DNA from: Craspedostauros australis
Lineage: Eukaryota
Assembly (NCBI GenBank): GCA_030167865.1
Contig: JALAGF010003870.1
Location: forward strand, 1 to 32,029
Length of the DNA: 32,029 bases
Reading direction: 5' to 3'
A program made the position numbers and the translations under genes. The notes under the pieces were generated by a model. That model was not told the origin of the DNA. It worked only from the letters and a program-made list of their open reading frames with translations, and searched no databases. This document shows positions 18,390-28,918 of this stretch, in pieces. Each line of letters opens with the position of its first letter. Within the stretch, counting starts at the first letter, position 1.

Positions 18390-19171
18390 TAGATACAAAT
18401 ACCTGTTCTAACATGACAGATGTCCACACACACATTGATCTTTGTTGAAATGTTCGGGTGCTGTAGACTTGTTGGTAAAAGTAGACTGTTTCTGTTGAGG
18501 GTTGGTAACCTTTTCTCTGTCAGTATTATGAGCTATTCTATTTCCGATTCTGCTCTCTCTCTCTGCTGCTCTGCTTATCATGGTCTCATGTTGTACATCA
18601 GCCACTGTGCTGATCTTATCTTGTGTATCCATGTTGCTTCCGTATATAGAGCAATCCCATTCGTATTGGGACCCATGGCGCATTCATCTGTGATTCTATC
18701 TTGCTCACAGATTGCAATGTTGATGTTCCGAATCTGAACACATAAGGACACATATGGGGAGTCCTCCAATGTCAAGGTGTATGCAAGTGTCATGTTCAAT
18801 CTTGCATTCTGCACACCGGGGTAAAGTATTGAGACCACTACATTCGGTCACAGTTTCGGTTGTGGTACAGACACACGGTTCATCTGACCTCCGCTAGTTT
18901 TCAGTCTCGATTCGAGTCCCGCCTTCGTCTGGTGGGTGATGTCACAGATCCTGTTCAATGGTTTTACTCGTACCAGTCGGGGCTTCTCGCTTTCAACGAT
19001 GCCACACAACGGAACTCTGTTGTTGTGGGAACGTGTCTCCATTCTTCTTTCCTTCTTTCTTCTTGTTGTCCACGCGCATTTTCGTGATGGATGGGAACAG
19101 AAGGATCCAAACCACACGAATCAGAAGGGTGCGATCAAGAGAAGGAAACAACACAGGTAACCACAAAGAGC

Positions 19172-19187
19172 GAGAGAGAGAGAGAGA
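19172..19187. repeat. (GA)8 microsatellite upstream of the ankyrin gene
   Basis: Read directly from the sequence. Confidence 0.85.
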
Positions 19188-19424
19188 ACATCATGCGAAC
19201 AAGACAACAACACACACCACTCAACCACAGACTCGAGCACATCAACAACAGACACCGAATTGCCACGCATACTAATATTCATCACACAGTGCATGGTACT
19301 CATCCAAATACAAGCTATTGAAGACACACAATCGATATCTCTGCCATAGGTAGCTCGGACTGCACACTTCCTCGACAGCCAATCCAACGCCAATCGTCCA
19401 GCGACCGTCGACCGTCCTCTCAAA

Positions 19425-22400
19425 ATGCCGAATGTTACGAACGAACAACTCCTTGATGCTGCCAAGGCAGGTAACTTGTCAGTGTTGAAGGAATGGAAGA
19501 AGCAGAACAAGATGCAGAATGAAGGAGTTGATGCCAACTGCAACGACAGCGACGGTTCCACTCCCCTTCATGTGGCATGCCGCAACGGCCACCTGGAGAG
19601 TGTGAAGTACCTCATCGAATCATGTGAGGGCAACATCAACTGCAAAGACAACAATGGAAACACTCCCCTTCATCAAGCATGCCGCAACGGCCACCTGGAG
19701 TGTGTGAAGTGCCTCATTGAATCATTTGAGGCAGACATCAACTGCAAAAACAAAGATGGCGACACTCCCCTTCATTGGGCATGCATGAATGGCCACCTGG
19801 AGTGTGTGAAGTACCTCATCCAATCATGTGAGGCGGACATCAACTGCAAAAACAACCATGGTTGGACTCCCCTTCATCACGCATTCCGCGACGGCCAGCT
19901 GGAGTGTGCCAAGTACCTCATCGAATCATGTGAGGCGAACATCAACTGCCAAAACAACCTTGGTTCCACTCTCCTTCATGTGGCTTGCTTCAACGGCCAG
20001 CTGGAGTGTGTGAAGTACCTCATTGAATCATGTGAGGCAAACATCAACCGGAAAGACAACCATGGTTCCACTCCCCTTCATCAAGCATGCCACAATGGCC
20101 ACCTGGAGTGTGTGGAGTACCTCATTGAATCATTTGAGGCGAACATCAACTGCAAAGACAACCATGGTTCCACTCCCCTTCATCGGGCATGCCACGAAGG
20201 CCAGCTGGAGTGTGTGAAGTACCTCATCGAATCATGTGGAGCGCAGATCGACTGCAAAGCCAACGATGGAAGCACTTCCCTTCATCAGGCATGCATGGAC
20301 GGCCACATGGAGTGTGTGAAGTACTTCATCGAATCATGCAAGGCGAACATCAACTGCAAAGACAACAATGGAAACACTCCCCTTCATGTGGCATGCATAA
20401 ACGGCCAGCTCAAGTGTGTGGAGTACCTCATTGAATCATGTGAGGCAAACATCAACAGCAAAATCTACGATGGTTTCACTCCCCTTCACTGGGCATGCCG
20501 CAACGACGACCTGAAGTGTGTGAAGCACCTCATCATATCATGTGGGGCGACCATCGACGGCAAAGACACAATTGGAAACACTCCCCTTCATATTGCATGC
20601 GGCACCCGCCAGCTGGAGTGTGTGAAGTACCTCATCGAATCATGTGAGGCGAACATCAACTGCCAAAACAACAATGGTTGGACTCCCCTTCATCAAGCAT
20701 GCCGCAACGGCCACCTGGAGTGTGTCAAGTATCTCATTGAATCATGTGAGGCAGACATCAACTGCAAAAACAAAGATGGCGACACTCCTCTTCATTGGGC
20801 ATGCATGAATGGCCACCTGGAGTGTGTGAAGTACCTCATCCAATCATGTGAGGCGGACATCAACTGGAAAGACGACCTTGGTTGGACTCCCCTTCATATG
20901 GCATGCTTCAACGGCCAGCTGGAGTGTGCCAAGTACCTCATCGAATCATGTGAGGCGAACATCAACTGCGAAGACAACCATGGTTGGACTCCCCTTCATG
21001 TGGCATGTCACACCGGCCAGCTGGATTGTGTGAAGTACCTCATCGAATCATGTGAGGTGAACATCAACTGCCAAAACACCCTTGGTTCCACTCCCCTTCA
21101 TCACGCATTCCGCTACGGCCACCTGGAGTGTGTGAAGCACCTCATCCAATCATGTGAGGCGGACATCAACTGCAAAGACCACCTTGGTTGGACTCCCCTT
21201 CATGAAGCATGCCGCACCGGCCACCTGGAGTGTGTCAAGTATCTCATTGAATCATGTGAGGTGAACATCAACTGCGAAGACAACAATGGTTGGACTCCCC
21301 TTCATCATCCATGCTTGTGTGGCCAGCTGGAGTGTGTGAAGTACCTCATCGAATCATGTGATGCGAACATCAACTGGAAAGACAAAGATGGCGACACTCC
21401 CCTTCATATTGCATGCCGCGCCAGCCAGCTGGAGTGTGTGAAGTACCTCGTCGAATCATGTGAGGCGGACATCAACTGCAAAAACAACCATGGTTGGACT
21501 CCCCTTCATATTGCATGCAGTAACGGCCACCTGGAGTGTGTGAAGTACCTCATCCAATCATGTGAGGGGAACATCAACTGCGAAGGCAACGATGGTTCCA
21601 CTCCCCTTCATGGGGCATGCTTCAACGGCCAGCTCAAGTGTGTGAAGTACCTCATCGAATCATGTGAGGTGAACATCAACTGCCAAAACAACCATGGTTG
21701 GACTCCCCTTCATCACGCATTCCGCGACGGCCAGCTGGAGTGTGCCAAGTACCTCATCGAATCATGTGAGGCGAACATCAACTGCCAAAACAACCTTGGT
21801 TCCACTCTCCTTCATGTGGCTTGCTTCAACGGCCAGCTGGAGTGTGTGAAGTACCTCATTGAATCATGTGGGGCGACCATCAACGGCAAAGACACAATTG
21901 GAAACACTGCCGTTCATGTGGCATGCATAAACGGCCACCTGGTGTGTGTGAAGTACCTCATTGAATCATGTGAGGCGAACATCAACTGCAAAGACAACCA
22001 TGGTTCCACTCCCCCTCATGGGGCATGCTTCAACGGCCACCTGGAGTGTGTGAAGTACCTCATCCAATCATGTCAGGCGAACATCAACTGGAAAGACAAC
22101 AATGGAAACACTCCCCTTCATGTGGCATGCTTCAACGGCCACCTGGAGTGTGCCAAGTACCTCGTTGAATCATGTGAGGCGGACATCAACTGCGAGGACA
22201 CAATTGGAAACACTCCCCTTCATATTGCATGCCGCGCCAACCACCTGGAGTGTGTGAAGTACCTCGTCGAATCATGTGAGGCGAACATCAACTGCAAAAA
22301 CAACCATGGTTGGACTCCCCTTCATTACACATACCACGAAGGCCACCTGGAGTGTGCCAAGTACCTCGTCGAATCATGTGATGCGAACATCAACTGCAAA

Positions 22401-25400
22401 AACAAAGATGGCGACACTCCCCTTCATCGGGCATGCGGTAACGGCCAGCTGGAGTGTGCCAAGTACCTCGTCGAATCATGTGATGCGAACATCAACTGCA
22501 AAGACAACAATGGAAACACTCCCCTTCATCACGCATGCAGTAACGGCCAGCTGGAGTGTGTGAAGTACCTCATCGAATCATGTGAGGCGGCCATCAACCG
22601 GAAAGACAACAATGGTTCCACTCTCCTTCATGGGGCATGCTTCAACGGCCAGCTGGAGTGTGTGGAGTACCTCATCCAATCATGTGAGGCGGACATCAAC
22701 TTGAAAGACGAGCTTGGTTGGACTCCCCTTCATCAAGCATGCCGCAACGGCCACCTGGAGTGTGTGAAGTGCCTCATTGAATCATTTGAGGCGGACATCA
22801 ACTGCAAAAACAAAGATGGCGACACTCCCCTTCATTGGGCATGCATGAATGGCCACCTGGAGTGTGTGAAGTACCTCATCCAATCATGTGAGGCGGACAC
22901 CAACTGCGAAGACGACCTTGGTTGGACTCCCCTTCATTACGCATGCCACGAAGGCCACCTGGAGTGTGTCAAGTACCTCGTCGAATCATGTGAGGCGAAC
23001 ATTAACTGCGAAGGCAACGATGGTTGGACTCCCCTTCATGTGGCATGCCACACCGACCAGCTGGATTGTGCCAAGTACCTCGTTGAATCATGTGAGGTGA
23101 ACATCAACTGCCAAAACAACCTTGGTTCCACTCTCCTTCATCACGCATTCCGGGACGGCCACCTGGAGTGTGCCAAGCACCTCATCCAATCATGTGAGGC
23201 GGACATCAACTGGAAAGACCACTTTGGTTGGACTCCCCTTCATTACGCATGCCACGACGGCCAGCTGGAGTGTGTGAAGTACCTCATCCAATCATGTGAG
23301 GCGAACATCAGCTGCCAAGATGAGCTTGGTTGGACTCCCCTTCATTTGGCATGCGACAACGGCCACCTGGAGTGTGTGAAGTACCTCATTGAATCATTTG
23401 AGGCAGACATCAACTGCAAAAACAAAGATGGCGACACTCCCCTTCATTGGGCATGCATGAATGGCCAGCTGGAGTGTGCCAAGTACCTCATTGAATCATG
23501 TGAGGCGGACATCAACTGCAAAAACAACGATGGTTGGACTCCCCTTCATTTGGCATGCAACAACGGCCGCCTGGAGTGTGTGAAGTACCTCATCGAATCA
23601 TGTAAGGCGGACATCAACTGCAAAAACAACTATGGTCACACTCCCCTTCATAAAGCATGGCACAACGGCCAGCTGGAGTGTGTGAAGTACCTCATAGAAT
23701 CATGTGAGACGAACATCAACTGCAAAGACAAAGATGGCGACACGCCCCTTCACTACGCATGCTGCCATGGCCACCTGGGGTGTGTGAAGTACCTCATCGA
23801 ATCATGTGAGGCAAACATTAACTGCGAAGACGACAATGGAAACACTCCCCTTCATGTGGCATGCCACAATGGCAAGCTGGAGTGTGTGAAGTACCTCATC
23901 GAATCATGTGAGGCGAACATCAACTGCCAAAACAACCATGGTTCCACTCCCCATCATGCGGCATGCCGCAATGGCCAGCTGGAGTGTGCCAAGTACCTCA
24001 TCGAATCATGTGATGCGAACATCAACTGCAAAGACAAAAATGGTTGGACTCCCCTTCATCACGCATGCCACAACGGCCACCTGGAGTGTGTGAAGTGCCT
24101 CATTGAATCATGTAAGGCGGACATCAACTGCAAAAACAACTATGGTCACACTCCCCTTCATAAGGCATGCCACAACGGCCGCCTGGAGTGTGCCAAGTAC
24201 CTCGTCGAATCATGTGAGGCGAACATCAACTGCAAAGACAAAAATGGTTGGACTCCCCTTCATCACGCATGCCACAACGGCCGCCTGGAGTGTGTGGAGT
24301 ACCTCATCGAATCATGTGAGGCGAACATCAACTGCAAAGACAACCATGGTTGGACTCCCCTTCATCACGCATTCCGCGACGGCCAGCTGGAGTGTGCCAA
24401 GTACCTCATCGAATCATGTGAGGCGAACATCAACTGCAAAGACAAATATGGTTGGACTCCCCTTCATCACGCATGCCGCAATGGCCACCTGGAGTGTGTG
24501 AAGTACCTCATTGAATCAGGTGAAGCGGACATCAACTGCAAAGACAACGATGGTTCCACTCCCCTTCATGTGGCATGCGGCAACGGCCACCTGGAGTGTG
24601 TGAAGTACCTCATTGAATCATGTGAGGCGAACATCAATTGCAAAAATGACGATGGTGACACTCCCCTTCATTGGGCATGCCACGAAGGCCACCTGGAGTG
24701 TGTGAAGTACTTCATCGAATCATGTGAGGCGGACATCAACTGGAAAGACGACCTTGGTTGGACTCCCCTTCATCAAGCATGCCACGAAGGCCACCTGGAG
24801 TGTGTGAAATACCTCATTGAATCATGTGAGGCGAACATCAACTGGAAAGACGAAGATGGAAACACTCCCCTTCATCACGCATGCTGCAAAGGCAAGCTGG
24901 AGTGTGTGAAGTACCTCGTCGAATCACGTGAGGCGGACATCAACTGGAAAGACAAAGATGGTTGGACTCCCCTTCATATTGCATGCCACGAAGGCCACCT
25001 GGAGTGTGTGAAGCACCTCGTCGAATCACGTGAGGCGGACATCAACTGGAAAGACAAAGATGGTTGGACTCCCCTTCATATTGCATGCCACGAAGGCCAC
25101 CTGGAGTGTGTGAAGCACCTCATCGAATCATGTGAGGCGACTATCAACTGCAAACACAACCGTGGTTCTGTTCCCCTTCATTGGGCATGCAACAATGGCC
25201 AGCTGGAGTGTGTGAAGTACCTCATTGAATCATGTGAAGCGAACATCAACTGGAAAGACAAAGATGGTTGGACTCCCCTTCATCACGCATGCCACGAAGG
25301 CCAGCTGGAGTGTGTCAAGTACCTAATTGAATCATGTGGGGCGAACATCTACTGCAAAGACAATGCTGGTTGGACCCCCCTTCATGTGGCATGCCGCAAT

Positions 25401-26759
25401 GGCCAGCTGGAGTGTGTGAAGTACCTCATCGAATCATGTAAGGCGGACATCAACTGCAAAGACAACCATGATTGGACTCCCCTTCATTGGGCATGCATGA
25501 ACGGCAAGCTGGAGTGTGTGAAGTACCTCATCCAATCATGTGGGGCGAACATCAACTGCAAAGACAACAATGGAAACACTCCCCTTCATTTGGCATGCCG
25601 CAACGGCAAGCTGGAGTGTATCGAGTACCTCATCAAATCAGCCGATGCCGATATCGACATCCAAAACAACTACAACAAAACCCCCCTCGATTTGATCGAT
25701 GCAGACCTTGACGCCAAATTCAAGAGATTGATCATTAACCGTCACAGGCACCACAACCCACAACCGCAACAACACTTACAACAAAACAAGCAAAAGAATA
25801 AACAACCACAACAACAGTTGAGACAGCAGTTGAAGCGGAAGAAGCAAGAGAATGAACACAAACACAGCAGCCACAAGAGGACCAACATCAGCATCGGAAA
25901 AGACCGGCTCAGATCCTTCCAAACCGAGAACAGGGCAGACACCATCTTCTTGTGTGGACAGGGCGACGACAAACAACCAATCAAGGCAAACGCTGAAGTC
26001 CTCATGGTCACCGTCCCATCCATTGAGACACTGATCAGCTCTGGAATCCAACATCAGCACGCGAATGATGGCACCGAAGACGGCGCGCCCCCCATGCAAG
26101 CAACTGTCCCTCTTCCCAACCTTCAACCAAAACATGTCCGATACGTCCTTCAATGCATCTACACAGGCGAGATATCCTTCAATGACAGTGCTCGTGATGA
26201 CGCTGCTGCGCACGTCGGTGCTCACACTGACGCTCAACACGATGTAGATGCTTCTCACCAGTCAACTCCCATCCTCACTGGACAGGATGATCTGCAACAG
26301 CTGATCCTTGTGACCGACCTGTTCGGCTTCTGGCGACTCAAGCTTGTTCTTGAAGCAGAGTTGGCCCGCAAGCATCTCACAGAGGACACCATGATAGATG
26401 CGTTGATATTCGCCCATCAACACAACTGCGTGGTGTTGAGGGATGCAGCAATGAGAGTGGCAGCTGAAAGTGAGAAAGATTTGTTCATTCATCCAGATTT
26501 CAAGAAGCTGATTCTACAACCCCAACTGATGGGAGACATTCATGTCCTCCGCAGTGGGGAAGCGGAGAGTGATGGTATTGATGATGAGTACAGCCACATG
26601 TCCATGGTGAAGCTGTACAAGGTTATAGATGAGGATGAGGGTACAGCACAAGTGGATTCATACATGGATCGGGCAACATTGGTGGACTTCGTCCGCTCTA
26701 TGAGTACCAAATCATCCAAAGTGAATGAGACGGACGGCGCTGCTGAAGAAGCGGAGTGA
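19425..26759 (+). CDS. Giant ankyrin-repeat protein (60 repeats) with C-terminal BTB/POZ-BACK-like domain (2444 aa)
   Basis: N-cap LLDAAKAGNL; 60 x 34-aa GxTPLHxACxxG(H/Q)LECVKYLIESCEA(N/D)INCKDxx; C-cap NKTPLDLI; Q/K-rich linker; then ADTIFLCG..IKANAEVL..PLPNLQPKHVRYVLQCIYTG..LILVTDLFGFWRLKLVLEAEL..DALIFAHQHNCVVLRDAAM (BTB + BACK-like). Confidence 0.93.
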   Translation: MPNVTNEQLLDAAKAGNLSVLKEWKKQNKMQNEGVDANCNDSDGSTPLHVACRNGHLESVKYLIESCEGNINCKDNNGNTPLHQACRNGHLECVKCLIESFEADINCKNKDGDTPLHWACMNGHLECVKYLIQSCEADINCKNNHGWTPLHHAFRDGQLECAKYLIESCEANINCQNNLGSTLLHVACFNGQLECVKYLIESCEANINRKDNHGSTPLHQACHNGHLECVEYLIESFEANINCKDNHGSTPLHRACHEGQLECVKYLIESCGAQIDCKANDGSTSLHQACMDGHMECVKYFIESCKANINCKDNNGNTPLHVACINGQLKCVEYLIESCEANINSKIYDGFTPLHWACRNDDLKCVKHLIISCGATIDGKDTIGNTPLHIACGTRQLECVKYLIESCEANINCQNNNGWTPLHQACRNGHLECVKYLIESCEADINCKNKDGDTPLHWACMNGHLECVKYLIQSCEADINWKDDLGWTPLHMACFNGQLECAKYLIESCEANINCEDNHGWTPLHVACHTGQLDCVKYLIESCEVNINCQNTLGSTPLHHAFRYGHLECVKHLIQSCEADINCKDHLGWTPLHEACRTGHLECVKYLIESCEVNINCEDNNGWTPLHHPCLCGQLECVKYLIESCDANINWKDKDGDTPLHIACRASQLECVKYLVESCEADINCKNNHGWTPLHIACSNGHLECVKYLIQSCEGNINCEGNDGSTPLHGACFNGQLKCVKYLIESCEVNINCQNNHGWTPLHHAFRDGQLECAKYLIESCEANINCQNNLGSTLLHVACFNGQLECVKYLIESCGATINGKDTIGNTAVHVACINGHLVCVKYLIESCEANINCKDNHGSTPPHGACFNGHLECVKYLIQSCQANINWKDNNGNTPLHVACFNGHLECAKYLVESCEADINCEDTIGNTPLHIACRANHLECVKYLVESCEANINCKNNHGWTPLHYTYHEGHLECAKYLVESCDANINCKNKDGDTPLHRACGNGQLECAKYLVESCDANINCKDNNGNTPLHHACSNGQLECVKYLIESCEAAINRKDNNGSTLLHGACFNGQLECVEYLIQSCEADINLKDELGWTPLHQACRNGHLECVKCLIESFEADINCKNKDGDTPLHWACMNGHLECVKYLIQSCEADTNCEDDLGWTPLHYACHEGHLECVKYLVESCEANINCEGNDGWTPLHVACHTDQLDCAKYLVESCEVNINCQNNLGSTLLHHAFRDGHLECAKHLIQSCEADINWKDHFGWTPLHYACHDGQLECVKYLIQSCEANISCQDELGWTPLHLACDNGHLECVKYLIESFEADINCKNKDGDTPLHWACMNGQLECAKYLIESCEADINCKNNDGWTPLHLACNNGRLECVKYLIESCKADINCKNNYGHTPLHKAWHNGQLECVKYLIESCETNINCKDKDGDTPLHYACCHGHLGCVKYLIESCEANINCEDDNGNTPLHVACHNGKLECVKYLIESCEANINCQNNHGSTPHHAACRNGQLECAKYLIESCDANINCKDKNGWTPLHHACHNGHLECVKCLIESCKADINCKNNYGHTPLHKACHNGRLECAKYLVESCEANINCKDKNGWTPLHHACHNGRLECVEYLIESCEANINCKDNHGWTPLHHAFRDGQLECAKYLIESCEANINCKDKYGWTPLHHACRNGHLECVKYLIESGEADINCKDNDGSTPLHVACGNGHLECVKYLIESCEANINCKNDDGDTPLHWACHEGHLECVKYFIESCEADINWKDDLGWTPLHQACHEGHLECVKYLIESCEANINWKDEDGNTPLHHACCKGKLECVKYLVESREADINWKDKDGWTPLHIACHEGHLECVKHLVESREADINWKDKDGWTPLHIACHEGHLECVKHLIESCEATINCKHNRGSVPLHWACNNGQLECVKYLIESCEANINWKDKDGWTPLHHACHEGQLECVKYLIESCGANIYCKDNAGWTPLHVACRNGQLECVKYLIESCKADINCKDNHDWTPLHWACMNGKLECVKYLIQSCGANINCKDNNGNTPLHLACRNGKLECIEYLIKSADADIDIQNNYNKTPLDLIDADLDAKFKRLIINRHRHHNPQPQQHLQQNKQKNKQPQQQLRQQLKRKKQENEHKHSSHKRTNISIGKDRLRSFQTENRADTIFLCGQGDDKQPIKANAEVLMVTVPSIETLISSGIQHQHANDGTEDGAPPMQATVPLPNLQPKHVRYVLQCIYTGEISFNDSARDDAAAHVGAHTDAQHDVDASHQSTPILTGQDDLQQLILVTDLFGFWRLKLVLEAELARKHLTEDTMIDALIFAHQHNCVVLRDAAMRVAAESEKDLFIHPDFKKLILQPQLMGDIHVLRSGEAESDGIDDEYSHMSMVKLYKVIDEDEGTAQVDSYMDRATLVDFVRSMSTKSSKVNETDGAAEEAE
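19554..25673 (+). repeat. Coding tandem array of 60 x 102-bp units
   Basis: The conserved CTT(CAT) lies at 19566 in unit 1 and at 25584 in unit 60; the difference 6018 = 59 x 102, so there are no net indels. Confidence 0.95.
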
Positions 26760-27062
26760 AGTACCATGCCATATTATGCCATAACAGAAGTCTTCGAGAA
26801 GTAAACGCATGACAGAATTGAGATGATGAAAAGAGGACTCGAGTCAGTTGTTGGAGGGAGAGTATTCACAATCAGACTGCGAATGGCAATTACATATTCT
26901 ATTGAGTAGCGTTATGTATTCTACACCACAAAAAGAAACGGCCACAGCGGGCAATTGTGACCTGCACAACCAGACAAGATCGCTTCGCTCCCATCATGCG
27001 AGTTGGTGATCACATGCTTGCTGAGCGACTCATTCAACTTCAATCCGTTGCACCATCCACCT

Positions 27063-28316
27063 TCACATGGGTGGATGTCCACGTGCCTCTTCCAGTCGTT
27101 GCTTCGCCTTCACCAATTGCGTCTTGAGATCTAGTTGCCGAACGCGGATATCCTGGCAGATCCGCTCGAGCTTCGCCACCCGGAGCTTGTGCTCAAGCAT
27201 TTTAATCTTCTTTGTCTTCCGCTTGTGCTGAGACGATGACCTGTCGTGTTGTGGATTGGTGTTGGTGCTGTCGGTGCTGTTGATGCTGTTGGAACCACGA
27301 GAATGAAGATTCGGACGATGATCTGGAAGAGAAGGAGCGCGGCGAGTTTCAGCAGTACTGACATCATTGGACGATGCGACTTCATCCGCAACAACAATAT
27401 CGTCAGCGATATCATCATTGGTAGCACTGTGGATGTAAGCGGATCCTGTTTCATTGCTGGTTGACCGGGTTCTCCGCTTCCGCTTCTTTGATCGGATGCG
27501 GATCCTCATACAGTGATACCCGAGATGTTTCTGTTCCTTTTCATCGTCTCCGTGGTCACGAGCGATAGCGCCATCGTTCCTGTCGCTACCGTTGTTGCCG
27601 TCACTTTCGCATAAGGACTCGTTGCCGTCATCATTTGGGGGAATGGGAGTGCTCCCGTCATCTTGTTTTTTGTCATCGTCGCTCCCGTCGCCGCTCTCAT
27701 CTTCGGTTTCGTCTTCTCTCTCCTCGTCACTGTCGTCGGAGCATTGGTCGTCGTGACAGCGGGGCGCACTTGTGGGGAACTCCGTGCCCGTCTTTGCGGA
27801 GATGGGTGAAGGCCTCGGCGATGGTCGCAGGCTGGATTCGGGAGAGATAGGGGCTTGTGACGATCTCTCAGCAAGCTGGGGAGCGTCCTTCAGCACCTTC
27901 CAACAAGCCGTGAGTATCTCGACGCTGAGAGAACGGTTTTCGCGCTCCGTCTTGTGTGCTTGGCACCAATCTGCAATCCATCGCACTTCGGCTTCTTCCG
28001 ACATGTGCGGAGTCGATGAGTGATGTTCTCGAAGTTGGAGGACAGGGCGCCAGATTCTGTTGAAGAAGGCTCCGGGACTGTATTGGTTTGAATGGGGGGA
28101 TATGTGGACATTAGATGCTGCTTCATCATTGTTGGTGTCGCCTTTGCTTGCGAGCTTTCCATCCAATTCTTGGTTGTATTGGTCGATGCTCTGGTTGAAC
28201 ATCTTCAAGATGAGGGGCCAACGTCGATACCCACGCTTGAGTGGTTCCTTATTTACTTCCAACAAGGTGAGGCAAAGAAACCGCGCTTTCGTTGGAGTCC
28301 AGCCAAGAGGCAGCAT
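27063..28316 (-). CDS. Myb/SANT-like + NAM-associated-like protein, paralog 1 of 3 (417 aa)
   Basis: MLPLGWTPTKARFLCLTLLEV..WPLI..ACWKVLKDAPQLA, acidic D/E tract, NLS-like KKRKRR, C-terminal coiled coil KLRVAKLER. Start chosen by alignment to the other paralogs. Confidence 0.75.
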   Translation of the reverse strand: MLPLGWTPTKARFLCLTLLEVNKEPLKRGYRRWPLILKMFNQSIDQYNQELDGKLASKGDTNNDEAASNVHISPHSNQYSPGAFFNRIWRPVLQLREHHSSTPHMSEEAEVRWIADWCQAHKTERENRSLSVEILTACWKVLKDAPQLAERSSQAPISPESSLRPSPRPSPISAKTGTEFPTSAPRCHDDQCSDDSDEEREDETEDESGDGSDDDKKQDDGSTPIPPNDDGNESLCESDGNNGSDRNDGAIARDHGDDEKEQKHLGYHCMRIRIRSKKRKRRTRSTSNETGSAYIHSATNDDIADDIVVADEVASSNDVSTAETRRAPSLPDHRPNLHSRGSNSINSTDSTNTNPQHDRSSSQHKRKTKKIKMLEHKLRVAKLERICQDIRVRQLDLKTQLVKAKQRLEEARGHPPM

Positions 28317-28918
28317 CGTGAAGGAGTGGTTTTGTACTGTTTGAGTGTCTCCTTTGATGCTATGCGTTGTTCTATGATCGACGATGGCGCTGGCTCTTGT
28401 TTCGTGGGTGCAGTTGCGAGCGATGAAGACGAAGCAGAAGAGAGGAAGTTTGAACGCCAGTCTTCTGAAAAGGTCAAGTTGGAAGATCAACGCAGCGATT
28501 GGTGTGCGATGCCTCTCTGTTGCTTCTTCTGCTTCTGTTGCTGTGTCCGTTATGATCGACGATGGAAGTCAAGTATCGATCCTGATGTGACTTTCTGCCG
28601 ATGTGCGTGGTACGTCTCATCGATGGAAATTTGCATTTGTGGAGAGGGAGGTATCTGCGCCGACTTCCGCAAACTCGACAAGCATTCACGAAACATCATG
28701 CGCTAGCTAGTGCACGATGATATCCAGAGGTCTCAACAGGAAAGAGATGGTCGCATGTCCATGCAAACTGTGATCTGTTCCATTATTCCCTTCGGAATGT
28801 CCACCCACCTGAAATTGGCACCACCAATCGGATCCTGCATACACATGCATTCTCCAATTTCCCCATTGCTCCATCTCTCGATCCATCCACGCATGTGAAA
28901 GTTCGACACCTAATGACT

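Noticed and set aside
18389-18393. Helitron 3' end (hairpin followed by CTAG)
   Set aside because: CTAG is followed by A rather than T, the hairpin spacing does not fit, and no Rep/helicase remnant was seen
19828-24501. Repetitive alternative-frame ORFs (MRRTSTAKTT...)
   Set aside because: Shifted-frame shadows of the ankyrin array, periodically broken by TGA
19554-25673. 102-bp periodic array as a CRISPR array or non-coding satellite
   Set aside because: It is one uninterrupted reading frame encoding ankyrin repeats, with no unique spacers, no cas genes and a eukaryotic context
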